A stretch of DNA of 64,000 bases from Bdellovibrionota bacterium (GTDB lineage: Bacteria; Bdellovibrionota_B; Oligoflexia; Oligoflexales; JAWKNZ01). Below, in pieces: positions 17,447 through 26,162 of this stretch. Both the position numbers and the translations under genes were made by a program. The stretch spans positions 436 to 64,435 of the forward strand of contig JAWKNZ010000013.1 of assembly GCA_041391425.1 (NCBI GenBank). The letters run 5' to 3'. The notes below the pieces were generated by a model, which saw only the letters and a list, made by a program, of their open reading frames with translations, was not told the origin of the DNA and did no database searches. Numbering within the stretch: the first letter of the stretch is position 1; every line of letters begins with the position of its first letter.

Positions 17447-18460
17447 TTGTTTCTTAATGTGGTTGTTAAACGGCTCTTAATTGCAGTGCCGACGCTGTTA
17501 GCTCTTACTATCATATTATTTCTTATGGTTAAGGCTATCCCCGGTGATCCGGCACAGCTGCTTTTGGGAGATAAGGCCACCCCAGAGTCATTGCAGCAGG
17601 TTAGAGAAGAGCTTGGGCTTAATAAGCCCATTGCGGTTCAGTATGGTATTTATCTTTATAACCTTGTCGTCAACTTCGACATGGGGAATTCGATTTCTTC
17701 GCAAGAGCCGGTTATTTCTTTAATCGGTGATAAGTTTCCAGCGACTATTGAATTGTCGGTAATGGCAATTCTTTTTGCCATGTTGGTCGGAGTGCCTATA
17801 GGATTAATTGCGGCATCAAGACCTGGGAGTTTTGTGGATTTTACGTCAATGAGCACTGCTGTTTTTGGGGTTTCTATGCCGGTGTTTTGGCTTGGTCTGA
17901 TTCTTATGTGGATTTTTGGGCTGGCTCTGGGCTGGCTGCCGATATCGGGGCGCCTGGGAATTGATTATTACTATGAACCGACTACTGGCTTTTTGCTTTT
18001 TGATTCCTTGTTTATAGAACAAGATATTGAGATGTTTAGGGATGCCCTAGCGCATTTGATTTTGCCGGCTATCACATTGGGTACTATACCTATGGCTTTC
18101 TTAGCTCGTATCACCAGAGCTTCGATGTTGGAAGTTTTGCAGCAAGACTTTATCAGAACGGCAAAGGCAAAGGGGGTAACTTTTTGGAAGATATATTTAG
18201 TGCATAGTTTTAAAAATGCGAGCATTCCTATTACGACTATTTTGGGATTGCAATTTGGCACTCTTTTAGCTGGAGCTATTATTACCGAGACTATTTTTTC
18301 TTGGCCAGGTATGGGTAATTGGATTTTAAGTTCAGTTAATGCCCGAGATATTCCAGCTTTGGAGGGTGGGGTTATCGCTGTGGCAGCGGCTTTTGTCTTA
18401 ATTAACCTTGTTGTCGATGTTTTGTATCGGTTGATAGACCCTAGAATTAGGCTGTCTTAG
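17447..18460 (+). CDS. ABC transporter permease (DppB/OppB-like)
   Basis: 337 aa polytopic protein with an EAA-type loop ...ASMLEVLQQDFIRTAKAKG... and the C-terminal ...DVLYRLIDPRIR. Confidence 0.85.
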   Translation: MFLNVVVKRLLIAVPTLLALTIILFLMVKAIPGDPAQLLLGDKATPESLQQVREELGLNKPIAVQYGIYLYNLVVNFDMGNSISSQEPVISLIGDKFPATIELSVMAILFAMLVGVPIGLIAASRPGSFVDFTSMSTAVFGVSMPVFWLGLILMWIFGLALGWLPISGRLGIDYYYEPTTGFLLFDSLFIEQDIEMFRDALAHLILPAITLGTIPMAFLARITRASMLEVLQQDFIRTAKAKGVTFWKIYLVHSFKNASIPITTILGLQFGTLLAGAIITETIFSWPGMGNWILSSVNARDIPALEGGVIAVAAAFVLINLVVDVLYRLIDPRIRLS

Positions 18461-18488
18461 ATTTTTAAGAAAAGGTGTTTATTAGAAA

Positions 18489-19355
18489 ATGACTGTGTCT
18501 TTACGACAAAAACAATGGAATTCTTTTAAAAGGCATCGCCCTGGCGTTATTGGTTTGTTGATGATTGCGGCTTTGATGGTGCTTGCGGTTTTTGCTGGAC
18601 TTTTGTCTCCTGTCGACCCAAATGTGCAAAATATGGATCTTAAATTTCTTCCTCCTATTTGGTTAGACGGTGGAAAATGGCCTTATATTTTGGGAACAGA
18701 TGTATTGGGCCGTGATCTTTTTTCTCGGGTTCTTTATGGTGCCCGCCTTAGTCTTATGATTGGGAGCCTAGCAGTTTTTACTGGAGCTGTTATGGGAGTT
18801 CCTTTGGGTATGGTTTCAGGGTTTTTTGGTGGAAAAATTGATACTCTGATTATGCGTATTGTCGATATTATGCTGGCTTTTCCTTCTCTTTTATTGGCTA
18901 TCTGCATTGTAGCAATTATGGGGCCTAGCCTAGAAAATGCTATTTTATCGATAGGTATTGTGACCATTCCAACTTATGCAAGGGTTGCTAGGGCATCTGT
19001 GTTAATGGAAAAAGAAAAAGAATATGTCCTGGCTGATATTGCTCTTGGACGCAAAAGCTTGCCTATACTCATTAAGGGGATTTTACCGAATGTTTTTGGG
19101 CCATTGTTAGTGGTGGCATCTTTAGGCTTTGGCGGCGCTGTTTTGGATGCTGCTGGACTTAGCTTTCTCGGCCTTGGTGCGCAGCCACCGGTTCCTGAAT
19201 GGGGTGCGTTGATCACAGAGGGTAAAAAATATATATTTCAAGCATGGTGGCTAATTTTGTTCCCTGGTTTTGCCATTTTACTGACGGTAGTTGGTTTTAA
19301 CCTGTTTGGTGATGCTGTACGCGATGTTTTCGATCCTAAATCAGTAAAAAGTTGA
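18489..19355 (+). CDS. ABC transporter permease (DppC/OppC-like)
   Basis: 288 aa. Motifs are ...GTDVLGRDLFSRVLYGARLSL..., ...ARASVLMEKEKEYVLA... and the C-terminal ...GDAVRDVFDPK. Confidence 0.85.
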   Translation: MTVSLRQKQWNSFKRHRPGVIGLLMIAALMVLAVFAGLLSPVDPNVQNMDLKFLPPIWLDGGKWPYILGTDVLGRDLFSRVLYGARLSLMIGSLAVFTGAVMGVPLGMVSGFFGGKIDTLIMRIVDIMLAFPSLLLAICIVAIMGPSLENAILSIGIVTIPTYARVARASVLMEKEKEYVLADIALGRKSLPILIKGILPNVFGPLLVVASLGFGGAVLDAAGLSFLGLGAQPPVPEWGALITEGKKYIFQAWWLILFPGFAILLTVVGFNLFGDAVRDVFDPKSVKS

Positions 19356-19766
19356 TTTCCTTTTAGCATTTAATGCCGCTTTTTCCGAACTCAATACCGG
19401 CGCTAATTGTACTTGTCTCGCTGGCTCGCTTAGTAGGATTTTTATATTACCACTTAACTCTACTAATCGAGATTTTAAGCTAGGTAGTGCCTGAACCGTA
19501 TGCCCAAATAAGATATGGAATGTAATAAAAGAACCCACATTAATAAAAGGTAAACCCAGTATAGTTACGAATACTGGAATTGAAAAAAAGTGAAAAAGCC
19601 TAACGTAACTAAAGTTTAAAATTGTGAGGATAAACGTTAACCCTAATACATAGGCTAAAAGTTCAATAATTACCCTTTTCAACGTGTAGTCTCCTAACGT
19701 GTGTCCAGAAATCACTTTCGTGGAGCGTAGCTTAATATTCAAGACTGTTCTAAAAACTCTTTTCAT
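19341..19766 (-). CDS. hypothetical membrane protein
   Basis: 141 aa with several hydrophobic segments and no recognisable motif. Confidence 0.4.
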   Translation of the reverse strand: MKRVFRTVLNIKLRSTKVISGHTLGDYTLKRVIIELLAYVLGLTFILTILNFSYVRLFHFFSIPVFVTILGLPFINVGSFITFHILFGHTVQALPSLKSRLVELSGNIKILLSEPARQVQLAPVLSSEKAALNAKRKSTFY

Positions 19767-19820
19767 TTAGATAGTCGGAGTTACGCCGAGTAACTTGAAT
19801 ATCTATGGTAACTGTTTGAT

Positions 19821-21035
19821 TTATGAGGCTTTTGCAGTATCAAAATTCCCCAGATAAGTAACCTGATCCATCGTACCCATATAATCCACTTTTGCGAAGG
19901 ACGGTCTTCTTCCTCTTTTGGAGCTGCCGAATTTGGCCGTAGTTCCTTCTACCTCAGCAAAGCTGTTAGCAGATCTTATTTGTTTTAACAAGTCTTTAAA
20001 AGACTGTCTTATAGAAGTTTCCATTGCAATTTGATCCATCATCTCATCGCGGTATGGGTTTCCTTGAAACTTATAAATCGCCACCATAATTTCTTTGCCG
20101 AGAATTTTGTGATTGACCTCACTTACCACATTCAATAGTGCTCCTAAATGCTGGAGTAGTACGCGGTGTATGTGTGGCTTGTGAGCGTTGTCACTAGAAA
20201 TGATGAAATCTATAAAAGTATGCAGGAATAAAGCGAACCTTTCGGGTTGTTTTAGCATATAGTATTTAAATGTCTCGTGTAGGATTCTTTGGCTATGTAT
20301 ATCGGCTTCGAGAACGTATGGTAGGTTGTCTAACAGATACCTCAGAGCGATACCTTCGCTACGTTTGCAGAATAAAAGCCCGAAAAGGTGGTCCAATACG
20401 GTATGGCCAAAGCGGCTCATAACGCGATTAAATGAAGATTTTTCGCTACCCGATGATGATGTCACTCCAAAATAATGCAGCAAACTAAGACGGATGCAAG
20501 CATTATTGCAGTTACTTACACTTAATAGATAGGTTGCGATATGATCGAGTAGTTTTTTGGCATCTACCCATTGCCCTGGGTTTTTTTGGTTAAAATCGAA
20601 GATTGAGAGGCCAAGTTCACAAATCAGAACCACGGCAGTTGCAAACATAGCTTCATCATGTCCGCCGCTATCGACGACTTCCGTTGTAAGGGAGACTTCA
20701 ACTAAAGCGCGTGCAGCGCCTTCACGCCCAGGCTCTTCAAACATTTGATCGATAAACGCATCAATTAAGGCATCAGATCCAGCATTGGACATCCAAATCA
20801 ATAGGCTTTCGACTAAGATTTCACTAGAAAGCCTCTCGTCACATCGTTCGCAAAGCCTTTTAGTCATATGGCGGATGATTTCACATTGATCTTCTTCGGA
20901 AAAATTACGTTTAAGTGTGCGCATTTCTCGCCATTTTAGCAATATCCCAGCATCGATCAAATGTTTTACTTCATCTAATGATGTAACACCTTTCCAACTC
21001 GTTTTCTGCTCAACGCCTATTAACATCTGTTCCAC
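19821..21035 (-). CDS. hypothetical all-helical protein (404 aa)
   Basis: A long uninterrupted ORF with no motif I can name. Confidence 0.5.
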   Translation of the reverse strand: MEQMLIGVEQKTSWKGVTSLDEVKHLIDAGILLKWREMRTLKRNFSEEDQCEIIRHMTKRLCERCDERLSSEILVESLLIWMSNAGSDALIDAFIDQMFEEPGREGAARALVEVSLTTEVVDSGGHDEAMFATAVVLICELGLSIFDFNQKNPGQWVDAKKLLDHIATYLLSVSNCNNACIRLSLLHYFGVTSSSGSEKSSFNRVMSRFGHTVLDHLFGLLFCKRSEGIALRYLLDNLPYVLEADIHSQRILHETFKYYMLKQPERFALFLHTFIDFIISSDNAHKPHIHRVLLQHLGALLNVVSEVNHKILGKEIMVAIYKFQGNPYRDEMMDQIAMETSIRQSFKDLLKQIRSANSFAEVEGTTAKFGSSKRGRRPSFAKVDYMGTMDQVTYLGNFDTAKAS

Positions 21036-21104
21036 CGATTCATCCCCCTTTTGTATGCTATTCTTTCTTCAGATTTTTAAATACGTTTTAAATCTTTCTT
21101 TTGC

Positions 21105-21680
21105 CTAATGTGCTTCTTGTTGTTTGAAGTCATTTTTATTAGTCGTATTGTTTTGTTGATCGACTACCTCTTGGATATCATCAACATGCGATATATCTAA
21201 ATTTATAAACCTAAGGCCGTAGCCAATAGGGTATTTCGGATCAGTATTAAGCCTGATGACTTCAGCAGTTGTATTAAATTGCTTTTTTAAGCCTTCAGCT
21301 TTTACCGTTACACTTAACTTTTCACCAATCTTAAAAATCTGATCTTCCGTTTCGATGAAGATACCTGTTGCAGATATATTCACTCCACTTCCAATTACAA
21401 GCTGGCCGTTATTATGGATTATGATACGACCTGATATTGTCGCTCTGGGAGCTCCCAATCGTCGCTTTAAATGATTTGGTGTATCATGGCCATTTTCTTT
21501 CTTTTCTAAGCCTAACTGATCGAGGCTTTCCTCAATAGGACGCCAATCTTTCCAACCAACCTTGAAAACATAAGCTTCTTGAGAGATCATATTATTACTA
21601 AGTAGCTGCGCTACTTGTCGTGCCTCAAACGGACCGAGCTGTTGTTGTTGGTGGTATACGTACCATAATTGTTCACTCAT
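21105..21680 (-). CDS. GYF_2-domain / PilZ-domain fusion protein
   Basis: The N terminus ...WYVYHQQQQLGPFEARQVAQLL...VFKVGWKDWRPIEE is GYF_2-like. The C terminus has RRLGAPR (RxxxR) and NISATGIF (NxSxxG) PilZ motifs. Confidence 0.7.
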   Translation of the reverse strand: MSEQLWYVYHQQQQLGPFEARQVAQLLSNNMISQEAYVFKVGWKDWRPIEESLDQLGLEKKENGHDTPNHLKRRLGAPRATISGRIIIHNNGQLVIGSGVNISATGIFIETEDQIFKIGEKLSVTVKAEGLKKQFNTTAEVIRLNTDPKYPIGYGLRFINLDISHVDDIQEVVDQQNNTTNKNDFKQQEAH

Positions 21681-21857
21681 CTTCCTAATCCTTTAGTAGA
21701 GATAGATATTGAATCTTTTAATAAAGTAACCATAAATTCCTTGCTGACTACCATGTTGCAAGATGTTTGTTACAGGATCGGGAATACTTAGAAGTTTCTT
21801 TAGCCAAAGTAGTAACTAATATGAATTTTAATTTAATTACAGTATGTTACATATGAA

Positions 21858-22454
21858 ATGAGGTGTGCTTTGTTTGCTAAAATATCAATAGTTTTTATTA
21901 TACTAAATATGTTTTTTTCTTTTGGCTTGTTATTTGGAGTGGTTGGAAATAACAAAACTGATAACCAGCCTTTTGAAATTCATATACAGCCTAGCAAATT
22001 GGATTGGCAGTATTTTATGAAAGCGGATGAAGAATGGCGCCAAAGGCTTTGGAATTATTACAACTCTCAAGGAAAAGGGCTTTCTCAGTGGGCTTGGCAG
22101 TGGAGGCTAGGCTGGGTCCGTAAATGTGGAGCTAGCCGGCTGAAATATTGTGATGTGGTATTAAAGTCAGCTTTATTTGATGCAGCCGCTGTTGTTCGTG
22201 GTGAGGCTGCAACAAGAATTGGTGGCAAGTACTATGGTAGTAAGGATTCAGCTATTATCGATTTGTTGGCTAAAGCATTTAAAAATAAGTTGAACTACCG
22301 TGGCAAGAAGCCGTTATTTGTTCAACAGAGGATTCTATTTGCTATTTGGTCTATTGGGGGAAAACATGGCCATGAAGTGGGGAAGTTTTTAGCAAAGGGT
22401 CATACGACTCATTTAGCTTATTGGGATAAGATTTCTAATGGTGCAGGCCTTTAA
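21858..22454 (+). CDS. hypothetical secreted/membrane-anchored protein
   Basis: It has an N-terminal hydrophobic segment and a W-rich region. No family could be assigned. Confidence 0.45.
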   Translation: MRCALFAKISIVFIILNMFFSFGLLFGVVGNNKTDNQPFEIHIQPSKLDWQYFMKADEEWRQRLWNYYNSQGKGLSQWAWQWRLGWVRKCGASRLKYCDVVLKSALFDAAAVVRGEAATRIGGKYYGSKDSAIIDLLAKAFKNKLNYRGKKPLFVQQRILFAIWSIGGKHGHEVGKFLAKGHTTHLAYWDKISNGAGL

Positions 22455-22717
22455 GTTTGGATTTCTCATAGATTTATAAATGCTTATATAGTGAACAAAT
22501 TAATTATGAGAAGGCATGATTCCCTTATCGGAGGCACTCTGGGCGCCGCAGTCTTTATTTTATGCAAGGTTGTACGTGCTAAGGCTTCTAAATTTAAGCT
22601 TTCATCTTTGTATAAAACCAGCTATAAAGCTTCTTCGTGTTAAAGGAAGCCTTTTGAGGCTAATCTTTTCTAAGGCTTACGGTAGCTTTTTGGAGGTATG
22701 TCCAAAGTTTCTTTTCT

Positions 22718-22794
22718 GGTCCGGTAGCTCAGCTGGATAGAGCACGGGATTTCTAATCCCGCGGTCGTAGGTTCGAATCCTACCCGGATCACCA
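22718..22794 (+). tRNA. tRNA-Arg(TCT), CCA encoded
   Basis: GGTCCGGTAGCTCAGCTGGATAGAGCACGGGATTTCTAATCCCGCGGTCGTAGGTTCGAATCCTACCCGGATCACCA. The anticodon stem is CGGGA/TCCCG and the loop is TTTCTAA. Confidence 0.9.
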
Positions 22795-22822
22795 TTTCCA
22801 CTGGCAGCGCTTGTGCTGTTAT

Positions 22823-23119
22823 CTATACCCTCTTTTTCTCCTTGTGGACATTTACTGCGTAGGCTTTTGCCAAATTTTTGAGATCTACAAGGTCGACTTT
22901 AATTGGCAAGTCGGATTCTTCGAGATTTTCTTTGATAAGGCTAATAAAGCCTGTCTGTTGTTCTTGTTTTAGTTCATAGAGAATGTCAATATCAGAGAAT
23001 TTCTTATAGTCGCCCCTTGCTCGTGAGCCAAAGATCCAAACTTCAGCTCCATGATTTTTTAGCGGATCAATGGCGAGTTTAAGCAGTAATTCCCAGGATT
23101 TTTGTGATAATCCATACAT
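22823..23119 (-). CDS. minimal nucleotidyltransferase (MNT/MntA-type antitoxin)
   Basis: 98 aa. ...IFGSRARGDYKKFSDIDIL... is the GS-x(n)-DxD NTase motif. Its ATG directly follows the TAA of the upstream HEPN gene. Confidence 0.8.
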   Translation of the reverse strand: MYGLSQKSWELLLKLAIDPLKNHGAEVWIFGSRARGDYKKFSDIDILYELKQEQQTGFISLIKENLEESDLPIKVDLVDLKNLAKAYAVNVHKEKKRV

Positions 23120-23477
23120 TTAAAAATCAATCAATTTTTTTGCTAATTTTTGCCCATAGGATAAAAAGTTTTTTGCCTCGGCATATACTCTTTCTGCTAA
23201 TTCTTCGTTATAGGTGTGGGAGGACAAGTTTCTAGCTTCCAAAAACTGAAACCATAAGTTGGGATCATCGATCAGGCTAGCCTGGGCCATTTCTCTAATA
23301 ATAGTTTTAGGAGCCGTTGCATTTGTTCCCATTTTTTTTGGCAGTTTTCCATGCGAGTTCGATACAAAATTCGAACCTTTGTATGGATGCATCTCTGACA
23401 ATGTCGTTTTTATCTTCTTGTAGCGCCTTGGCTAGTGAATCTAGTGCTTTTTCATATTGTTCGAGTGAGACTGCCAT
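23120..23477 (-). pseudogene. HEPN-domain protein (HI0074/HepT-type toxin), reading frame broken in a homopolymer
   Basis: The N-terminal part (MAVSLEQYEKALDSLAKALQEDKNDIVRDASIQRFEFCIELAWKTAKK) and the C-terminal part (MGTNATAPKTIIREMAQ...EARNLSSHTYNE..., carrying the Rx4-6H HEPN motif) are in different frames. They meet at the T8 run 23332-23339 (A8 on the coding strand). Removing one base fuses them. Confidence 0.75.
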
Positions 23478-23606
23478 GATTATTACCAAATTGACTGTTT
23501 ATCAGATTCGTATCGCATCTAACCTTTAACGATAGTAGCAGTTTTTTGCTTGAGGTTCAGCTGAAACTTAGTAATTTGTGCTGTGGCTTATTATTCCAAT
23601 ATTAAT

Positions 23607-23790
23607 CTAGGGCGTGTTGACGTTTCATTTCCTACTACGAGCCAAACCCTTGAGTCACAACGTTGTCAGGGTTTCAAAAATTATCCTCAATGTACATCTA
23701 GTACACCTCCGGTAATTTTTGAAACCCTTCCTAGCTGCGACTTTCAAGTATTTGTCTCTCGCTACGAAAATGAAACGTCAACACGCCTAG
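23607..23790. mobile_element. MITE-like hairpin element, copy 2 of 3
   Basis: It has the same sequence as 28569-28753 except for the right terminus (ACACGCCTAG versus ACACGCCCTAG). Confidence 0.8.
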
Positions 23791-24141
23791 TGGTATCCAT
23801 GCTTTATAAGGTATGAACGCGGTCTATATTGAAGGGGTGTTATTATAATTATTGGTTTTATAAATAAAAATTTTACATTTTTGTTAAATATTCAATTTAG
23901 CGTAATGACAGTTGATGCTGTTTAGTTGTTATATATGTCAGCAGAAGTATTTTGTCTCTATGAAGCATTCTCATGGATATTAATAGTTTCTATTTGGCCT
24001 TTATGTTAGTTGCTTATGGGATATTTGTGGGAGGTCTTATTTTTTTATTATAAAATACCTCTGTAAAACAAGTTGAAGAAAAGGCCTTGTCTTCTTAAAA
24101 TAGGGAAAATGGCCTTTTGAAAATGTTTTATAGGGGATACT

Positions 24142-25603
24142 ATGGTGAAGCCGCAGCTTGTTTTTGTGATAATCCTATTTTCTTTCATTGCTTGCCGTCC
24201 TAAATCCAATAGTCATATTGAATCTACAGTTAAGGGTGGCGATGCTTGTGGTGGTAAACCTGTCCTTTTTGCGATGTCATCATTTAATTATATTGATGTC
24301 ACTAATCGAGAGGAGAGCTTTAAAGTATCCAACAGGTGTATTTTTACGTGAGTTTACTGACGTTTATCAAGAGGTTCTAAAGGCAGGTTGTAAAGCTGTA
24401 TTTGCTACTCCTGATGGTCAGTTGCCGACATGGGATGCTAACAGTATGGAAGAAATATGGGCTTATTACCCTTATCTCGAATTTAAAGATAAGGGTGCGG
24501 TTATGGTGGATAATGCCCTCAAATTAGCCTTAAAGGCATTTGGCAAGCTGTTGTTTTCAGACGACGTGAAATGGAAAAAGGAAACAGGTTTAGAACGTTT
24601 GAGTCCGGAAACAAAGGAATTGGTTGAAAAGTATAGCAATTTATCTAAAAGCTCGGAAGATGTGAATGTATTTTCTTTCGAAGATATCAACAGTAGGCTG
24701 TCTGGTGCTGGAGGTTTTCCTTATGCTGGCCTTTTTATTCCTGGAGGGCATGTTCCTGTTCAAGAAACTGTAAATCCTGATAGGTCAAAGCTATGGTCAG
24801 AATTATTGGATGGCTTTTTAGATGCTAATAGGCCTATCGGAGCAATTTGTCACGGTCCTGATGTACTTTCGACGAATAACAGATTCAAAAAGTTTAACAT
24901 GACGGCGGTTTTGCAAAGTGGTGAGGAATTTTTACAGTCAGCAGGCCCTTTGTCAGGTCATACAGTGGACCATTATGTCGATAAAAACCTATTAGGCAAA
25001 GGTTACTCAGTATTTCAGCATCCGATATTAGGCTTTCCTTTAATCATGACATCTGAACAGCTTTTAACTGGCCAAAACCCCGCATCAGCTCCATTTATTG
25101 GAAAATCCTTTGTAGAGTCCTTAAAGTTAGCTAGTGGCAGTGATTATAAAAATGATTGGTGGCGTGGACGTCGCGGAATATATGAAATGCCAAGTGATAA
25201 GTTAGACAAACAGAATGTGTTGGCACAAAAAGTTAAGAGTATTTTTTCAGAGGCTATACGGTCTACGGATAATGATACTTTAATAGCTAGAGCAGTGACT
25301 GGAATTAGAAAGAAGATTTTTGGAGAAAATTTATTTACCTCATTAAATGGTATCCGTTTCTTACAGGCTATTCCGCAACTTGTTTTGCATGAAAAAAATA
25401 AAATGATGTTACGTTCAGAAAAATATTCTGGTGCAGAAGAATTTGAAGTTTATAGAACTGGTATGCCTGATTTATCTTGGCATTTACCACAGCATAGTGC
25501 AAAACTAAAAAACCTCGTGGCTGATGTAACGAATACAGGAACTGATTTTTATACTTATAAGCCTTATTTTGATGATTTCTTTTTTGAAAAAAGAAGATTT
25601 TGA
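24142..25603 (+). pseudogene. DJ-1/PfpI (class I glutamine amidotransferase-like) lipoprotein with an extended C-terminal region; apparent +1 frame break near 24316-24325
   Basis: The ATG at 24142, with an AGGGGA RBS, gives a lipoprotein signal (FSFIAC) plus ...GGKPVLFAMSS... (first beta strand) and stops at 24351. The overlapping frame continues ...KYPTGVFLREFTDVYQEVLKAGCKAVFATPDG...IGAICHGP (nucleophile-elbow Cys). Confidence 0.55.
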
Positions 25604-25825
25604 TATAGGAAAGTGCAATAGTGAAAATAATGGGTTACATGAATTGGTTTCTCTACTTAAGGCAGGTGCTCATAAAAGGCCAAGTCAATTAGAACAATTT
25701 GATGGTGCTTCTGAATTTGATGTGCTGAGAGCTGCTGGGGGGACTTTTACTGAGTCTTCGCAAATATGGAAGGCTCAGCAGAGCCTCATACGTAACGCAG
25801 CAAATTGCCGTATTAGTAAAGCTGA

Positions 25826-25987
25826 TTCTCACAAACTAAGAGATACTGGGGTCAACATTTGTGGGCGCGTGGATACTTTGTTGCAACTACAGGCACGTTG
25901 ACAGACGAAGTGATTCAACAGTACATAGCAGGGCACGAAAGTTTTGAAAAAGATGATAGTTTTACAGTAAGGCACGAGAAACTTTAG
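25826..25987 (+). pseudogene. IS200/IS605-family TnpA (Y1 transposase) C-terminal remnant
   Basis: It translates to FSQTKRYWGQHLWARGYFVATTGTLTDEVIQQYIAGHESFEKDDSFTVRHEKL, matching the conserved C terminus of IS200-type TnpA (...KRYWGQHLWARGYF..TVG....E.I..YI..Q). No intact HUH N-terminal part was found. It is followed by hairpins at about 25987-26040. Confidence 0.6.
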
Positions 25988-26162
25988 GCGGCTTTTAGCC
26001 GCTAACTCAACCCCACGCCTTTTAAGGAGGCGGGGGGTAGTTGAGAAACGTATATTATCGTATAAATATGGTGCCCGTATCTATACAATTTTTCGTAATT
26101 ATTATTAACAAAATTAGATGCTGTGCTTTTACATTACATTTGGAGGTGGAGAATCATTATTA

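Noticed and set aside
22516-22740. 74-aa ORF on the plus strand.
   Set aside because: Its 3' end runs into the tRNA-Arg(TCT) gene, and it has no coding features. It is spurious.
25569-25901. 110-aa ORF treated as a real gene downstream of the DJ-1-like gene.
   Set aside because: It overlaps the preceding gene's 3' end, has no motif, and its 3' part is an out-of-frame reading of the IS200 TnpA remnant. A weak resemblance of VSLLKAGAHKRPSQLEQF to the TnpA KGKSS block was noticed, but it is too poor to claim.
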